Assembly (NCBI GenBank): GCA_038087875.1 | Contig: JAXLNO010000130.1 | Span: forward strand, 1 to 64,000 | Source: Malacoraja senta | Lineage: Eukaryota | Direction of reading: 5' to 3' | DNA length: 64,000 nt | In this document: one piece after another, positions 35,663 through 49,747 of the stretch | How positions within the stretch are numbered: position 1 is the first letter of the stretch | Layout of the letters: every line of letters begins with the position of its first letter | The notes under the pieces: generated by a model | What the model saw: only the letters and a program-made list of their open reading frames with translations | What the model was told of the DNA's origin: nothing | Databases searched by the model: none | Made by a program: the position numbers and the translations under genes

Positions 35663-38359
35663 CTGCGGAAAAACAGCAAGAAAGAACGTTCAGGTTTATT
35701 ATTGTCCCGTGTACCAAGGCACTGCACGCGGGGACCCAGTAGACAATAGACAACAGACAACAGGTGCAGGAGTAGGCCATTCGGCCCTTCGAGCCAGCAA
35801 CGCCATTCAATGTGATCATGGCTGATCATCCCCAATCAGTACCCCGTTCCTGCCTTCTCCCCATATCCCTGACTCCGCTATTTTTAAGAGCCCTATCTAG
35901 CTCTCTCTTGAAAGCATCCAGAGAACCTGCCTCCACCGCCCTCTGAGGCAGAGAATTCCACACACTCACCACTCTCTGTGAGAAAAAGTGTTTCCTCGTC
36001 TCCGTTCTAAATGGCTTATTCATTCTTAAAAGTAGAGCGTCCCTTGTAGCCAGGGTCCGGGAGGGGGGGCAAGGCCCTCCGCCACTCCACTGTTTAAGAA
36101 TAAGGGGTAAGCCATGTAGAACGGAGACGAGGAAACACTTTTTGACACAGAGAGTGGTGAGTCTGTGGAATTCTCTGCCTCAGAGGACGGTGGAGGCCGG
36201 TTCTCTGGATGCTTTCAAGGGAGAGCTAGATAGGGCTCTTAAGATAGCGGAGTCAGGGGATATGGGGAGAAGGCAGGAACGGGGTACTGATTGGGATGAT
36301 CAGCCATGATCACATTGAATGGCGGTGCAGGCTCGAGGGGCCGAATGGCCTACTCCTGCACCTATTGTCTATTGTCCACCTGGGGTCTGTAGGGGAGGAG
36401 TGGCTGTCAGTGATTGGGGGACTGGTGACGGGATCCAGGGAGTGGGCTGGGCCGAAGATGTCCTGGTTACGTTGCTCCTGGGCCTGGTCAAGCTGGTCAC
36501 CCATGAGTCACGGCGCCAGGCGGAAGAGGGCTTTGCCCGTGCCAGATGCTTGCCCCTTTTCTGGAGTTACGTCTGTGCCCCAGGTGGTGTCAGAGAGGGA
36601 CATCGTTGTAGAGGGACATAGTCAGAGGGTGATGGGGGCGGGTTCTCTGGATACTTTCAAGAGAGAGCTAGATAGGGCTCTTAAAGATAGCGGAGTCGGG
36701 AGATATGGGGAGAAGGTAGACAAAAGTGCTGGAGAAACTCAGCGGGTGCGGCAGCATCTATGGAGCGAGGGAAATAGGCAACGTTTCGGGCCGAAACCCT
36801 TCTTCAGATATGAGGAGAAGGCAGGAACGGGGTACTGATTGGGGAAGATCAGCCATGATCACATTGAATGGCGGTGCTGGCTCGAAGGGCCGAATGGCCT
36901 ACTCCTGCACCTATTGTCTATTGTCTATTGTATAGTAGTTATACTTAGTATATTTGTAAGGATTGTAATATAGTGTGTAGATAATTTGGTGATTTTGTAC
37001 TATGGTGGTGGGTGTGTTACCGCAGTTTTGGTTTGTGTCTGTGATCGGAAATTAAATAAATTATTTTTGATACAACAAAAAAAAAGGTACTGTGCAGAAA
37101 TACGATGAAGTTAAACTCAAGTATAATATGGATGCGAGGATCTCGTTGGGTAGCACAGTCAGTGGGAAGTCTAGACATGATTACAATCCAGCCGTCCACC
37201 GTGTACATATACAGGATAAAGGGAATAACGTTTAATGCAAGATAAATTCTGATTAACGATAGTCAGAGGGTCTCCACCGCGGTTGATAATAGGTCTCTAG
37301 TTGTTGATAGGATGGTTCCGTTGCCTGAAAACAGTTGCATAGAAACATAGAAACATAGGTGAAGGAGGAGGCCATTCTACCCTTCGAGCCAGCACCGCCA
37401 TTCATTGTTATCATGGCTGATCATCCACAATTAATAACCCATGCCTGCCTTCTCCCCATATCCCTTGACTCCACTAGCCCTTAGAGCTCTATCTAACTCT
37501 CTTTTAAATCCATCCAGTGACTTGGCCTCCACTGCCCTCTATGGGAGGGAATTCCACAATTCACAACTCTCTGGGTTGAAAACGTGTTTTTCTCATCTCA
37601 GTTTTAAATGGCCTCCCCATTGATTCTTAGACTGTGGCCCCCTGGTTCTGGACTCGCCCAACATTGGGAACATTTTTCCTGCATCTAGCTTGTCCAGTCC
37701 TTTTATAATTTTAGACATTTCTACAAGATTCCCCCCTCATCCGTCTAAATTCTAGTGAACACAAGCCCAGTCTTTCCAATCTTTCCTCATATAACAGCCG
37801 GGAAGAAACTGTCCCTGAATCTGGAGGTGTGCGTGCGTGCGTGCGTTTTCCCACTTCTGTACCTCTTGCCCGATGGGAGAGGGGAGAAGAGGGAGTGGCC
37901 AGGGTGAGACCGGTCCTTGATCATGCTGCCGGCCTTGCCGAGGCAGCGTGAGGTGTAGATGGAGTCAAAGTATGTAAATAGAGTCATAAACACTGTGTTT
38001 AATTCCACAGATAATGTTGGTTGGCCCCCTTGGCCTGACAGAAGAATATGTCTGTGATCAGGTGTGGGGAGCGCAGTACTGGGAAAAAGCAATGAACACC
38101 CCTTAATCCAATTGAAGGCAGCAAATTGCAACAGCATCGCCAATGAGCAAGACAAATTGTCACTGCAAATGTCCCCAAGGCTGTGGAAACTTGGAATGAA
38201 CAATAGTATCAGGGCTCTCTGCAGGGACTGAGGTAAGTAATAATTACATCTTATTATGTTTTCAGATATGATCGTTTTGTGACCCGCCAACGCACACATC
38301 TCCTGTACTTATTTTTCCGCTTCTGTTATAACCCTTTGGCCACTTGAAAATAAACAAAG

Positions 38360-39385
38360 TTTATCTAGGAGTGAAGCGTAGGTTTACAAGGTTAATTCCC
38401 AGGATGGCGGGACTGTCACATGCCAAGAGAATGGATCGGCTAGGCTTGTACACTCTGGAGTTTAGACAATAGACAATAGACAATAGGTGCAGGAGTAGGC
38501 CATTTGGCCCTTCGAGCCAGCACCGCCATTTAATGTGATCATGGCTGATCATCCCCAATCTGTACCCCGTTCCTGCCTTCTCCATATCCCCTGACTCTGC
38601 TATTTTTAAGAGCCTATCTAGCACCCTCTTGAAAGCATCTTGAAACATTTCCTGCCTCTAGCGTGTCCAAGCTCTTAACAATCTTATATGTTTCAATGAG
38701 ATCTCCTCTCATCCTTCTAAACTCCAGAGTGTTCAAGCCCAGCTGCTCCATTCTCTTAGCATATGACAGTCCCGCCATCCTGGGAATTAACCTTGTAAAC
38801 CTACGCTGCACTCACTCAATAGCAAGAATGTCCTTCCCCAAATTAGGGGACCAAAACTGCACACAATACTCCAGCTGTGGTCTCACCAGGGCTCTGTACA
38901 ACTTCAGAAGGACCTCTTTGCTCCTATATTCAATTCCTCTTGTTATAAAGGCCAACATGCCATTCGCTTTCTTCACTGCCTGCCACTGGAGAGGGGATCT
39001 TATTGAAACAAATAAGATTATTATGGGTTTGGACACGCTGGAGGCAGGAAACATGTTCCCGATGTTGGGGGAGTCCAGAACCAGGGGCCACACAGTTTAA
39101 GAATAAGGAGTAAGCCATTTAGAACGGAGACGAAGAAACACTTTTTCACACAGAGAGTGGCGAGTCTGTGGAATTCTCTGCCTCAGAGGGCAGTGGAGGC
39201 CGCTTCTCTGGATACTTTCAAGAGAGAGCTAGATAGGGCTTTTAAAGATAGCGGAGACAGGGGATATGGGGAGAAGGCAGGAACGGGGTACTGATTGGGG
39301 ATGATCAGCTATGATCACATTGAATGGCGGTGCTGGCTCGAAGGGCCGAATGGCCTATTCCTGCACCTATTGTCTATTATCTATT
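38360..39385. mobile_element. Cluster of CR1 fragments in alternating orientations
   Basis: + piece 38365-38465, - piece 38465-38980, + piece 38985-39385, all with CR1 3' motifs. Confidence 0.8.
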
Positions 39386-40178
39386 GATCCCACACACGGT
39401 TCCATGGTGTTTACGTCCCAATTATTTCTGCTAAAGCCATTGCAAGTTCTCCCCAACTTCAGAGCTGTACCTTGTGTCCACTTCTGAGGTCGAAAGTTAA
39501 AATCTGCCACCCCACTAGTTTCACTCTTGTGTCTCACCCCTTTTTGTTATTTTTATTTTTTATATTACAAATACTTGATTCCAAAAAAACAAAAAACAGA
39601 CATACAGAGTATTAACACGATCAAAGACTGCCAATGTTGACAGTTTACTAACAAACGGTCATCAAATTAATATATCGCCAACTTTATCAACAAAGCTTTA
39701 TCAACTCGACCTCCCGCGGCGACCAGCGTTCACGGATGGCCTCCAGGTCCCCGTGGTCACCGCGTGTGTGTGTGTGTGTTCCCGCTCCAGGGACACGTGT
39801 GCACGGACGTCGGGGCGGGCAGCCCAGCCCGTCGACTACCCGCTGCCTGGGCCCACCGGCGGCCATCTTGGCCAGGCCCAGGAGCAGACCGACAGGGAGA
39901 CCCCCCCCCCCAACCCTCCCCCCTCTGTACCGGGAGCCCAAATATCAGGGGCGCGGGGCTAAAATGTCACTTGAGGAGCAGCCCCTTCAGATAGTCGAAC
40001 AGGGGCTGCAACCTCTCACACTGCATGTGGATGTGGAACGTGGTGTAGAGGGAAGAGTCACCCTCTAACTGAAGCCCAGAGCCAGTCTGAGGGGTAGGGT
40101 TGCAGGGCCAGAAGGCTAGTGAGCTGAGGTGGCCATTTCCCACTTTTTCTGCACTGTGTTCTCGAGGCGATAACCTAC

Positions 40179-40436
40179 TTCTCCATTTCGGCCAGCATCA
40201 TCTCCTTTTCGCTCCTGAGGGACGACAGCTCGACGCTGGTGGCAATGAACTCCGACTGCAGGCTCGACAGCTCCTTGAGGGCAACCTCCAGGGAGCAGGG
40301 GCTGTCCGGTGGCCTGGTGCTCTGCCTCTCCCCGGTCCGCAGGAGCAGAAACTGGGCCCTGCTCACTCCACCAAACATCCGCTCCAGTGATTCCACCGAG
40401 CAGCCTCGTGTACATCCTCCATTGATCTCAATTACC
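40179..40436 (-). CDS. Putative exon A: PDZ-like C-terminal half (RVIEINGG..SVESLERMF..AQFLLLR) plus start of coiled coil (VALKELSSLQSEF..EMMLAEMEK)
   Basis: Acceptor TTTTTCTCTTGCCAG, donor AA|GTAGGT, 258 bp, phase 2-2; PDZ assignment rests on the (D)R[VI].E[IV]NG motif only. Confidence 0.65.
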
Positions 40437-42047
40437 CTGGCAAGAGAAAAATATTGAGAACATTCATTCATTCCTCCATTCAGAACGGTAGCAACGTCAG
40501 TAGATGTAGGCTGCCCCCCCACAATTCCATTGTGTAGACTCCATTATAGAATAGACAATAGACAATAGGTGCAGGAGTAGGCCATTCGGCCCTTCGAGCC
40601 AGCACCGCCATTCAATGTGATCATGGCTGATCATCCCCAATCAGTACCCCGTTCCTGCCTTCTCCCCATTTCCCCCTGACTCCGCTATCTTTAAGAGCCC
40701 TATCTAGTTCTCTCTTGAAAGCATCCAGAGAACCGGCCTCCACCGCCCTAGTCTATGAAGTGAGAGGAGCAAAATGTAATGGACATGTGTGGGGTATGTT
40801 TTTTTATACAGAGGGGGGTGGGTGCCTTATCATGAGTGGTCAACATTTATCACGGGGAAAGCCAGCGCAAATATTTAAAATGGAAGTCAAGGAAATATGC
40901 TAACATTTACAAAACATGAATTGGGTGCCAAGCTGAAGTAGGTGGTTTTGTGTCTAATTCTGGCAAGAGTGTCGTGGCCTTTGGAGAGTGGCAGAGGGAA
41001 AATGGGGATCATGGCTGAGTAACAAATTCCACTGACGAAATGAGTCCCTGGCAATGTGCAGAGAAGATTTATGATAGTTCCCTCTACAGCAGATTGGGTG
41101 GCATGGTGACACAGTGGGGAGAGTTGCTGCCTCACAGCAGGAGAGACCCGGGTTCGATCCTGACTACGGGTGCTGCCTGTATGGAGTTTTGTACGTTCTC
41201 CCCGTGACCGCGTGGGTTCTCCCTGCGAGCTCTGGTCTTTACACAGAGTAGTGTAGCAGTTCTTTAGTATATTTGTAAGGATAGATATAGATAGATAGAT
41301 AGATAGATAAATACTTTATTAATCCCTTTTTCAGTGAAATTTTCAGTGAAATTCAGATGTCCTTGCAGCACACTAATAAAAATACACCATAACATCAAAG
41401 GAGCAATTTAATATTAAAACATAAAAACATCCCCCCACAATGGTTCCCGCTGTGAGGGAAGGCACAAAGTTCAGTTCTCTTCCACTTGTCCACCCATGGT
41501 CGGGCCTAGTGAGGCCTCTGCAGTCGCCGCTACGGGGCCCGATGTTTTAGGCCCTTCTCGCCAGACGATGTTGCTCCGGCGTCGGGAGAACCCTCCCAGC
41601 GGCTTGGGAAACCTGGAACGGCCGCTTCCTTACCGGAGACCGCGGGTCCCGAAGCCAACAGGCCACGCTGGTCGGAGCTCCGACACTGGCGGTCTCGGCG
41701 AGAGATCCCAGGCTCCCGATGTTAAAGTCAATGCCGCCGCCCGCGGCCGGCCGCTCCGCTGACCCGCAGCTTCGTGATGTTCCATTGGCGGACTCAGCAT
41801 TCCGGAGCTCCACTCCGTGAAGGTGTTCCAGCGCTGTGCCGCCGCAGAAGCCGTGGTTCTGGCCGGTCCCCCTCAGGAAAACGCCGCTCCAGTCCTGATG
41901 GTAGGGCCGCGAGGACGGGGTGAAGATGCGGCTCGGAGGAAAGCCGCCTCTCCGCCAGGTAGGGACTGTGAAAAGCAGTATCCCCCTCGTCCCCAACCCC
42001 CCCCACATAGAAAGACTAGACCCCCAACAACACACTTGGATTGTATC

Positions 42048-42560
42048 ATAGAGGGAGTACAGAGAAGGTTCACCAGACTGATTCCTGGGATGGCAGGACT
42101 TTCATATGAGGAAAGACTGGATAGACTTGGCTTGTACTCGCTAGAATTTAGAAGATTGAGGGGGGATCTTATAGAAACGTACAAAATTCTTATAGGGTTG
42201 GACAGGCTAGATGCAGGAAGATTGTTCCCGATGTTGGGAAAGTCCAGGACAAGGGGTCACAGTTTAAGGATAAAGGGGAAATCTTTTAGGACTGAGATGA
42301 GAAAAACATTTTTTACACAGAGAGTGGTGAATCTGTGGAACTCTCTGCCACAGAAGGTAGTTGAGGCCAGTTCATTGGTTATATTTAAGAGGGAGTTAGA
42401 TGTGGCCCTTGTGGCTAAAGGGATCAGGGGGTATGGAGAGAAGGAAGGTACAGGATACTGAGTTGGATGATCAGTTATGATCATATTGAATGGCGGTGCA
42501 GGCTCGAAGGGCCGAATGGCCTACTCCTGCACCTATTTACTATGTTTCTATGTTTCTATG
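42048..42560 (+). mobile_element. CR1 LINE subfamily B 3' fragment
   Basis: [32 protein letters not shown] tail. Confidence 0.88.
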
Positions 42561-42959
42561 TATCATAGTTGTTTGGGAATTTAGTGTCCAGATAGTTTGG
42601 TGATTTTGTACTGTGGTGGTGGTGGTGGCCGTGTTACCACGGTTTCAGTTTGTATCGTGATAGTAATTAACGAAACGAACCCAAAAACAGTTGCGATCAT
42701 ACTTACAGATCTCCCTCGGCCAGTAACGGAATTACAGGTGACTTCACCACGGGGGTCCCGAACGAATCGATGTCCAAAATGCACCCCAGCTGGTCTGGAT
42801 CCACGTCGAGCTCCATGCACAGTAACTGGGCTGCTTCGGGGACCAGAGGTGACAGCGGTTTCCTGCCCTGTTGCAACTGGGCCTGTGGGATTACCAACAA
42901 GTTTAGAGGCCCTGCCCTCGGCCAACAGGAGCCAAGAGCTGGAGAAACTCAGCGGGTGC

Positions 42960-43159
42960 NNNNNNNNNNNNNNNNNNNNNNNNNNNNNNNNNNNNNNNNN
43001 NNNNNNNNNNNNNNNNNNNNNNNNNNNNNNNNNNNNNNNNNNNNNNNNNNNNNNNNNNNNNNNNNNNNNNNNNNNNNNNNNNNNNNNNNNNNNNNNNNNN
43101 NNNNNNNNNNNNNNNNNNNNNNNNNNNNNNNNNNNNNNNNNNNNNNNNNNNNNNNNNNN
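42960..43159. other. Assembly gap (200 N)
   Basis: Run of N; both edges fall inside repeats. Confidence 1.
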
Positions 43160-44637
43160 CTATCCACATCAATACTGAACCCCCAATACCATGTTGGCTT
43201 TAAGTTTGTATACTAATCTCTTATGTGGGACCTTGTCGAAAGCCTTCTGAAAGTCCAGATACAACACATCCACTGGTTCTCCCCTATCCACTCTACTAGT
43301 TACATCCTCAAAAAATTCTATAAGATTCGTCAGACATGATTTACCTTTCGTAAATCCATGCTGACTTTGTCCAATGATTTCACCACTTTCCAAATGTGCT
43401 GCTATCCCATCTTTAATAATTGACTCTAGCAGTTTCCCCACTACCGATGTTAGACTAATTGGTCTGTAATTCCCCATTTTCTCTCTCCCTCCCTTCTTAA
43501 AAAGTGGGGTTACGTTTGCTACCCTCCAATCCTCAGGAACTACTCCAGAATCTAAAGAGTTTTGAAAAATTATCACTAATGCATCCACTATTTCTGGAGC
43601 TACTTCCTTAAGTACTCTGGGATGCAGCCTATCTGGCCTTGGTGATTTATCGGCCTTTAATCTATTCAATTTACCCAACACCACTTCCCGACTAACCTGG
43701 ATTTCACTCAGTTTCCTCCATCTCCTTTGACCCGCGGTCCCCTGCTATTTCCGGCAGATTATTTATGTCTTCCTTAGTGAAGACGAACCAAAGTAGTTAT
43801 TCAATTGGTCCGCCATATCCTTGTTCCCCATGATCAATTCACCTGTTTCTGACTGCAAGGGACCTACATTTGTTTTAACTAATCTCTTTTTCTTCACATA
43901 TCTATAAAAACTTTTGCAGTCAGTTTTTATGTTCCCTGCCAGTTTTCTTTCATAATCTATTTTTCCCTTTCCTAATTAAGCCCTTTGTCCTCCTCTGCTG
44001 GTGTCTGAATTTCTCCCAGTCCTCTGGTATGCTGCTTTTTCTGGCTAATTTGTACGCATCATCTTTTGCTTTGATACTATCCCTGATTTCCCTTGTTATC
44101 CACGGATGCACTACCTTCCCTGATTCATTCTTTTGCCAAACTGGGATGAACACTTGTTGTAGTTCATCCATGCAGTTTTTAAATGCCATCCATTGCATAT
44201 CCACCGTCAACCCTTTAAGAATCATTGGCCAGTCTATCTTGGCCAATTCACGTCTCATACCCTCAAAGTCACCTTTCTTTAAGTTCAGGACCTTTGTTTC
44301 TGAATTAACAATGTCACTCTCCATCCTAATGAAGAACTCAACCATATTATGGTCACTCTTGCCCAAGGGGCCACGCACAACAAGACTGCTAACTAACCCT
44401 TCCTCATTACTCAATACCCAGTCTAGAATAGCCTGCTCTCTCGTTGGTTCCTCTACATGTTGGTTTAGATAACTATCCCGCATACATTCCAAGAAATCCT
44501 CTTCCTCAGCACCCCTGCCAATTTGTTTCACCCAATCTATATGTAGATTGAAGTCACCCATTATAACTGTTTTGCCTTTGTTGCACGCATTTCTAATTTC
44601 CTGTTTGATGCCATCCCCAACTTCACTACTACTGCTA
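43160..44637 (-). mobile_element. CR1 LINE ORF2 fragment including AP-endonuclease end and RT start
   Basis: MGDFN..PTREQAILD..LGKSDHN (endonuclease) in ORF 43950-44561; NYRPISLTS..QHGF in ORF 43169-43684. Confidence 0.92.
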
Positions 44638-44976
44638 GACCCCGAGATAAACGTCTTAGAAACATAGACAATAGATGCAGGAGGAGGCCATCACCGCCAT
44701 TCATTGTGATCACGGCTGATCGTCCCCAATCAATAACCCGTGCCAGCCTTCTCCCCATATCCCTTGATTCCACTAGCCCCTAGAGCTCTATCTAACTCTC
44801 TCTTAAATCCATCCAGTGATTTGGCCTCCACTGCCCTCTGTGGCAGGGAATTCCACAAATTCACAACTCTCTGGGTGAAAACGTTTTTTCTCATCTCAGT
44901 CTTAAATGGCCTCCCCCTTATTCTAAGACTGTGGCCCCCTGTCTTGCCCCAGTCATTCCCTCTTCTTCCCGTTCCA

Positions 44977-45096
44977 TAACCCTAACCCTAACCTTAACCT
45001 TAACCCTAACCCTAACCCTAACCCTAACCCTAACCCTAAACTCTAACCATATCCCTAACCCTATCCCCTAACCCTAACCCTAACCATAACCCTAAC
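44977..45096. repeat. Interstitial telomeric repeat (CCCTAA)n, about 20 imperfect units
   Basis: AACCCTAACCCTAACC.. directly visible. Confidence 0.9.
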
Positions 45097-46280
45097 TCAC
45101 CACTCTCCCATCAGTCAAATTCTTAAGTTATAAGTTCTCAAGTTCATAACTTCTTAAGTTATAGGAGCAGAATTAGGCCATTCGGCCCATCAAGTCCTCT
45201 CCGCCATTCAATCATGGCTGCTCTATCTCTCCCTCCCAACCCCATGCTCCTGCCTTCTCCCCCTAACCCTTGACACCCGCACTAATCAAGAATCTATCAA
45301 TCTCTGCCTTAAAAAATATCTAGTATCGTTTAGGAAGGAACTGTAGATGCTGGTTTAAACCGAAGATAGACACAAAAAGCTGGAGTAACTCAGCAGGATG
45401 GACAGCATCTCTGGAGAGAAGGAATGGGTGATGTTTCGGGTCGAAACCCTTCTTCAGTCTTCTTCAGTCTTCAGAAGAAGGGTCTCCACCCGAGACGTCA
45501 CCCATTCCTTCTCTCCAGAGATGCTGCCTGTCCCGCTGAGTTACTCCAGCTTTTTGTGTCTATCTCTAGTTTAATTTAGTTCAGTTCAGTTTAGTTTATT
45601 GTCACATGTACTGAGGTACAGTGAAAAGCTTTTGTTGCGTGCTAACCAGTCAGCGGAAAGACAATACACGATTATAATCGAGCCATTCACAGTGTACAGA
45701 TACAGGATAAGGGAATAACGTTTAGTGCAAGGTGAAGCCAGCAAAGTCCGTTCAAGGATAGTCCGAGGGTCACCAATGAGGTAGATAGTAGTTCAGCACT
45801 GCTCTCTGGTACAGAAGGGTGAAAAACGCACACCTCCAGATTCAGGGACAGATTCTTCCCAGCTGTTATCAGGCAACTGAACCATCCTATCACCAACTAG
45901 AGAGCAGTCCTGACCTTTCATCCATCTCACTGGAGACCCTCGGCCTATCTTTAATCGGACTTTACCTTGCACTAAATGTTATTCCCTTTATCCTGTACCC
46001 GTACACTGTGAACGGCTCGACTGTAATCGCGTGTTGCCTTTTTGCTGCAAAAGCTTTTCACTGTACCTCGGTACACATGACAATAGACTAAACTAAACTA
46101 AAAAGGTTGGAAGTTAAGAGGTCGGTCAAGAAGACTTTCCGATACATTCTCCTTCATCAGTCAGGGTATGGAGTGCAGAAGTTGGGATGCTGTGATACAA
46201 GATGCTGGTGAGTGGATTGGGAGTCTCATGTTCAGTGTTGGTCACCCTGCCACAGAGAGGATAGAGACAGCTATTAAGGG

Positions 46281-46690
46281 CAAAGATCTTATAGCGGAGC
46301 AAGATAGATCACTCCTGCTAAATGCAATGGGCTGACGTGTAGTACGCAACGGAGCGCAACCTGGGCCTTTTTTTCATCCATTTCAGTAACCCGACCCGAC
46401 CCGTCCCGACCCGCAGTGTAATCAACGTTGCGGGGGAACAGTTTGTGTTAATAAATTTAAATTCTGAAACTAAGGAGAAGATTTTACCAAAGAACTTTTA
46501 TTTTTTACGAGGATGTTTCCGTAACCGGCTTCCGTCTCCTCACTAGTATCTTTGCTCCGCTACGGGATCTTTGGTGCGGAGACGGAAGCCGGTTACGGAA
46601 ATGGGGCCGGAAAATTACCCGTGAATCTGCCCATGACCGTACTACGTTTTTTTCGTCGAGTGGTCTATCTTGCTCGCTAGAGGATCTTTG
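46281..46690. mobile_element. hAT-type MITE (410 bp)
   Basis: CA..TG ends; TIR CAAAGATC..TAGCG.AGCAAGATAGA.CACTC; 8-bp TSD ATTAAGGG at 46273-80 and 46691-98; internal inverted repeat at 46516-46601. Confidence 0.85.
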
Positions 46691-47451
46691 ATTAAGGGAG
46701 CAGAGATTGACGAGAATGTTGCCAGGACTCGCGGACCTGAGCTATAGGGAGAGGGGTGGGTAGCGTTAGGACTTTAATCCTCGGAGCGCAGGAGGCTCAG
46801 GGGTGATTTGATAGATGCGTATAAAATCATGAGAGGAATAGATAGGGTGAATGCATGGAGTCCTTTACTGATGTTCTATGTTCTATAGTATTATCTGATT
46901 TTCTGATCTGATCACCTGTAAATAAAAGCTTTTCGCTTTACCTCCAATCACTCTTACAAACTTGGAGAATGTGCAGAGGAGGTCTACCAGAATGATGTCT
47001 AGATTAGGAGCAATTAGCAGAATGACGTCTGGATTAGGGCCGGTAAAATCATCTCTGACCCCTCTCACCCTGGCCACAAACTCTTTGAATCACTTCCCTC
47101 TGGAAGGCGACTCCGGACTGTCAAAGCTGCCACAGCCAGACATAAAAACAGCTTTTATCCACGAGTAGTTGCTCTACTCAACAGCCAAAAATCTGTAGCC
47201 TCCTTTTGCTCTGGTATTTTATTCAATTCACTTGTTTAATCAATAATGTTTTATTCTTAATGTTTAATGTTTTATATTTTATTGTTAATTGTTTACTGTG
47301 TGTCGTGTTGGTACCTGCGAGCGGAGCACCAAGGCAAATTCTTTGTATGTGTAATTAATTAATTCATTGATTAGCAGAATGATGTCTGAATTAGGGCGCA
47401 ATTAGCTACAGGGAAAGGTTGGACAGAAGAGTTACAAAATGTAAGCTAGAG

Positions 47452-47965
47452 AAAGGAAGGGGAGGGGGAGGAGGGGGAGGGGGAAGGGGGGAGAGGGGGG
47501 ATGGGTTGGGGAGGGGGAGGGGGAGGGTGGAGAGGGAGGGAGAGGGGGAGGGGAAGGGGAAGGGGAGAGGGGAGGAGTGGGGAGGCTAAGGGGAGTGGAA
47601 GGGGAGGGGGGAGGGGGGAGGGGGAGAGGGGGGGGGAGGTGGGGGAGGTGGAGGGGGGAGGTGGAGGGGGAGGGGTGGAGAGGGAGGAGAGGGGGAGGGG
47701 GGAGGGGAGGGGGAATGGGGGAGGGTAGGGGGAGGGGGAAGGGTGGAGAGGTAGGGAGAGGGGGAGGGGAATTGGAAGGGGAGAGGGGAGGAGTGGGGGA
47801 GGTTAAGGGGAGTAGAGGGGGAGGGAGGGGGAGGGGGAGGTGGGGGAGGGGGAGGGGGAGGGGGAGGTTGGGGGAGGGGGAGGGGGAGTGGGTGGAGGGG
47901 GAGGGAGAGGGTGGAGGGGGAGGTGGAGGGGGAGGGGGAGGGAGGAGGGGGGAGGGGCGGGGAAA
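47452..47965. repeat. G/A-rich low-complexity tract (G-quadruplex or H-DNA prone)
   Basis: About 510 bp of G-runs separated mostly by A. Confidence 0.9.
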
Positions 47966-48345
47966 TAGGTGCGAGTCCAGGTGACACAGGGAGAGATTTA
48001 CTCCAGCATTTTACGTCCTGTTTTTTAGTTCAGTTTAGTTTAATGTCACGTGTACCGAGATGCAGTGAAAAAGCTTTTGTTTGTGTGCTAACCAGTCAGT
48101 ACAATAGACAATAGGTGCAGGAGTAGGCCATTTGGCCTTCGAGCCAGCACCGCCATTCAATGTGATCATGGCTGATCATCCCCAGTCAGTACCCCGTTCC
48201 TGCCTTCTCCCCATATCCCATTCCACACCAGTCAGCGGATAGACTGTGCATGATTACACTCGAGCCGTCCACAGTGTACAGATACAGGATGAAGGGGTGC
48301 AGCATTTGCAGTTCATTGTGACACGTGCGTGCGCGGAACCACTCA

Positions 48346-49017
<672 letters not shown>

Positions 49018-49238
49018 TCAGACTAGGGGGGGGGCGATGCCGACCGTCGCTAATTGTGTCACACCGTCGTACAGCACGGAAACAGGCCCTTCGGCCCAAC
49101 TTCCCCAAGCCCCATCTACACTAGACCCACCTGCCCGCATTTGGCCCATATCCCTTGAAAACCGGTCCGATCCATGTATCCATGAGCCATGAGTCTGAAG
49201 AAGGGTCTCGACCCGAAACGTCACCCATTCCTTCTCTC

Positions 49239-49635
49239 AATAGACAATAGACAATAGACAATAGGTGCAGGAGTAGGCTATTTGGCCCTTCGAGCCAGCA
49301 CCGCCATTCAATGTGATCATGGCTGATCATCCCCAATCAGTACCCCGTTCCTGCCTTCTCCCCATATCCCCTGACTCCGCTATTTTTAAGAGCCCTATCT
49401 AGCTCTCTCTTGAAAGCATCCAGAGAACCGGCCTCCACCGCCCTCTGAGGCAGAGAATTCCACAGACTCACCACTCTCTGTGAGAAAAGTATTTCCTCGT
49501 CTCCGTTCTAAATGGCTTACTCCTTATTCTTAAACTGTGGCCCCTGGTTCTGGACTCCCCCAACATCGGGAACATGTTTCCTGCCTCTAGTGTGTCCAAG
49601 CCCTTAACAATCTTATATGTTTCAATGAGATCCCC
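49239..49635 (-). mobile_element. CR1 3' fragment inserted in a Penelope-derived short repeat
   Basis: CAATAGA tail at 49239; the host repeat resumes at about 49640. Confidence 0.8.
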
Positions 49636-49747
49636 TCCTATCCCTCTCCAGAGATGCTGCCCGTCCTGCTGAGTTACCCCAGCATTTTGTGTCTACCTTT
49701 GGTTTAAACCAGCATCTGCAGTTCCTTCCTACACGATCCTTCCTACA

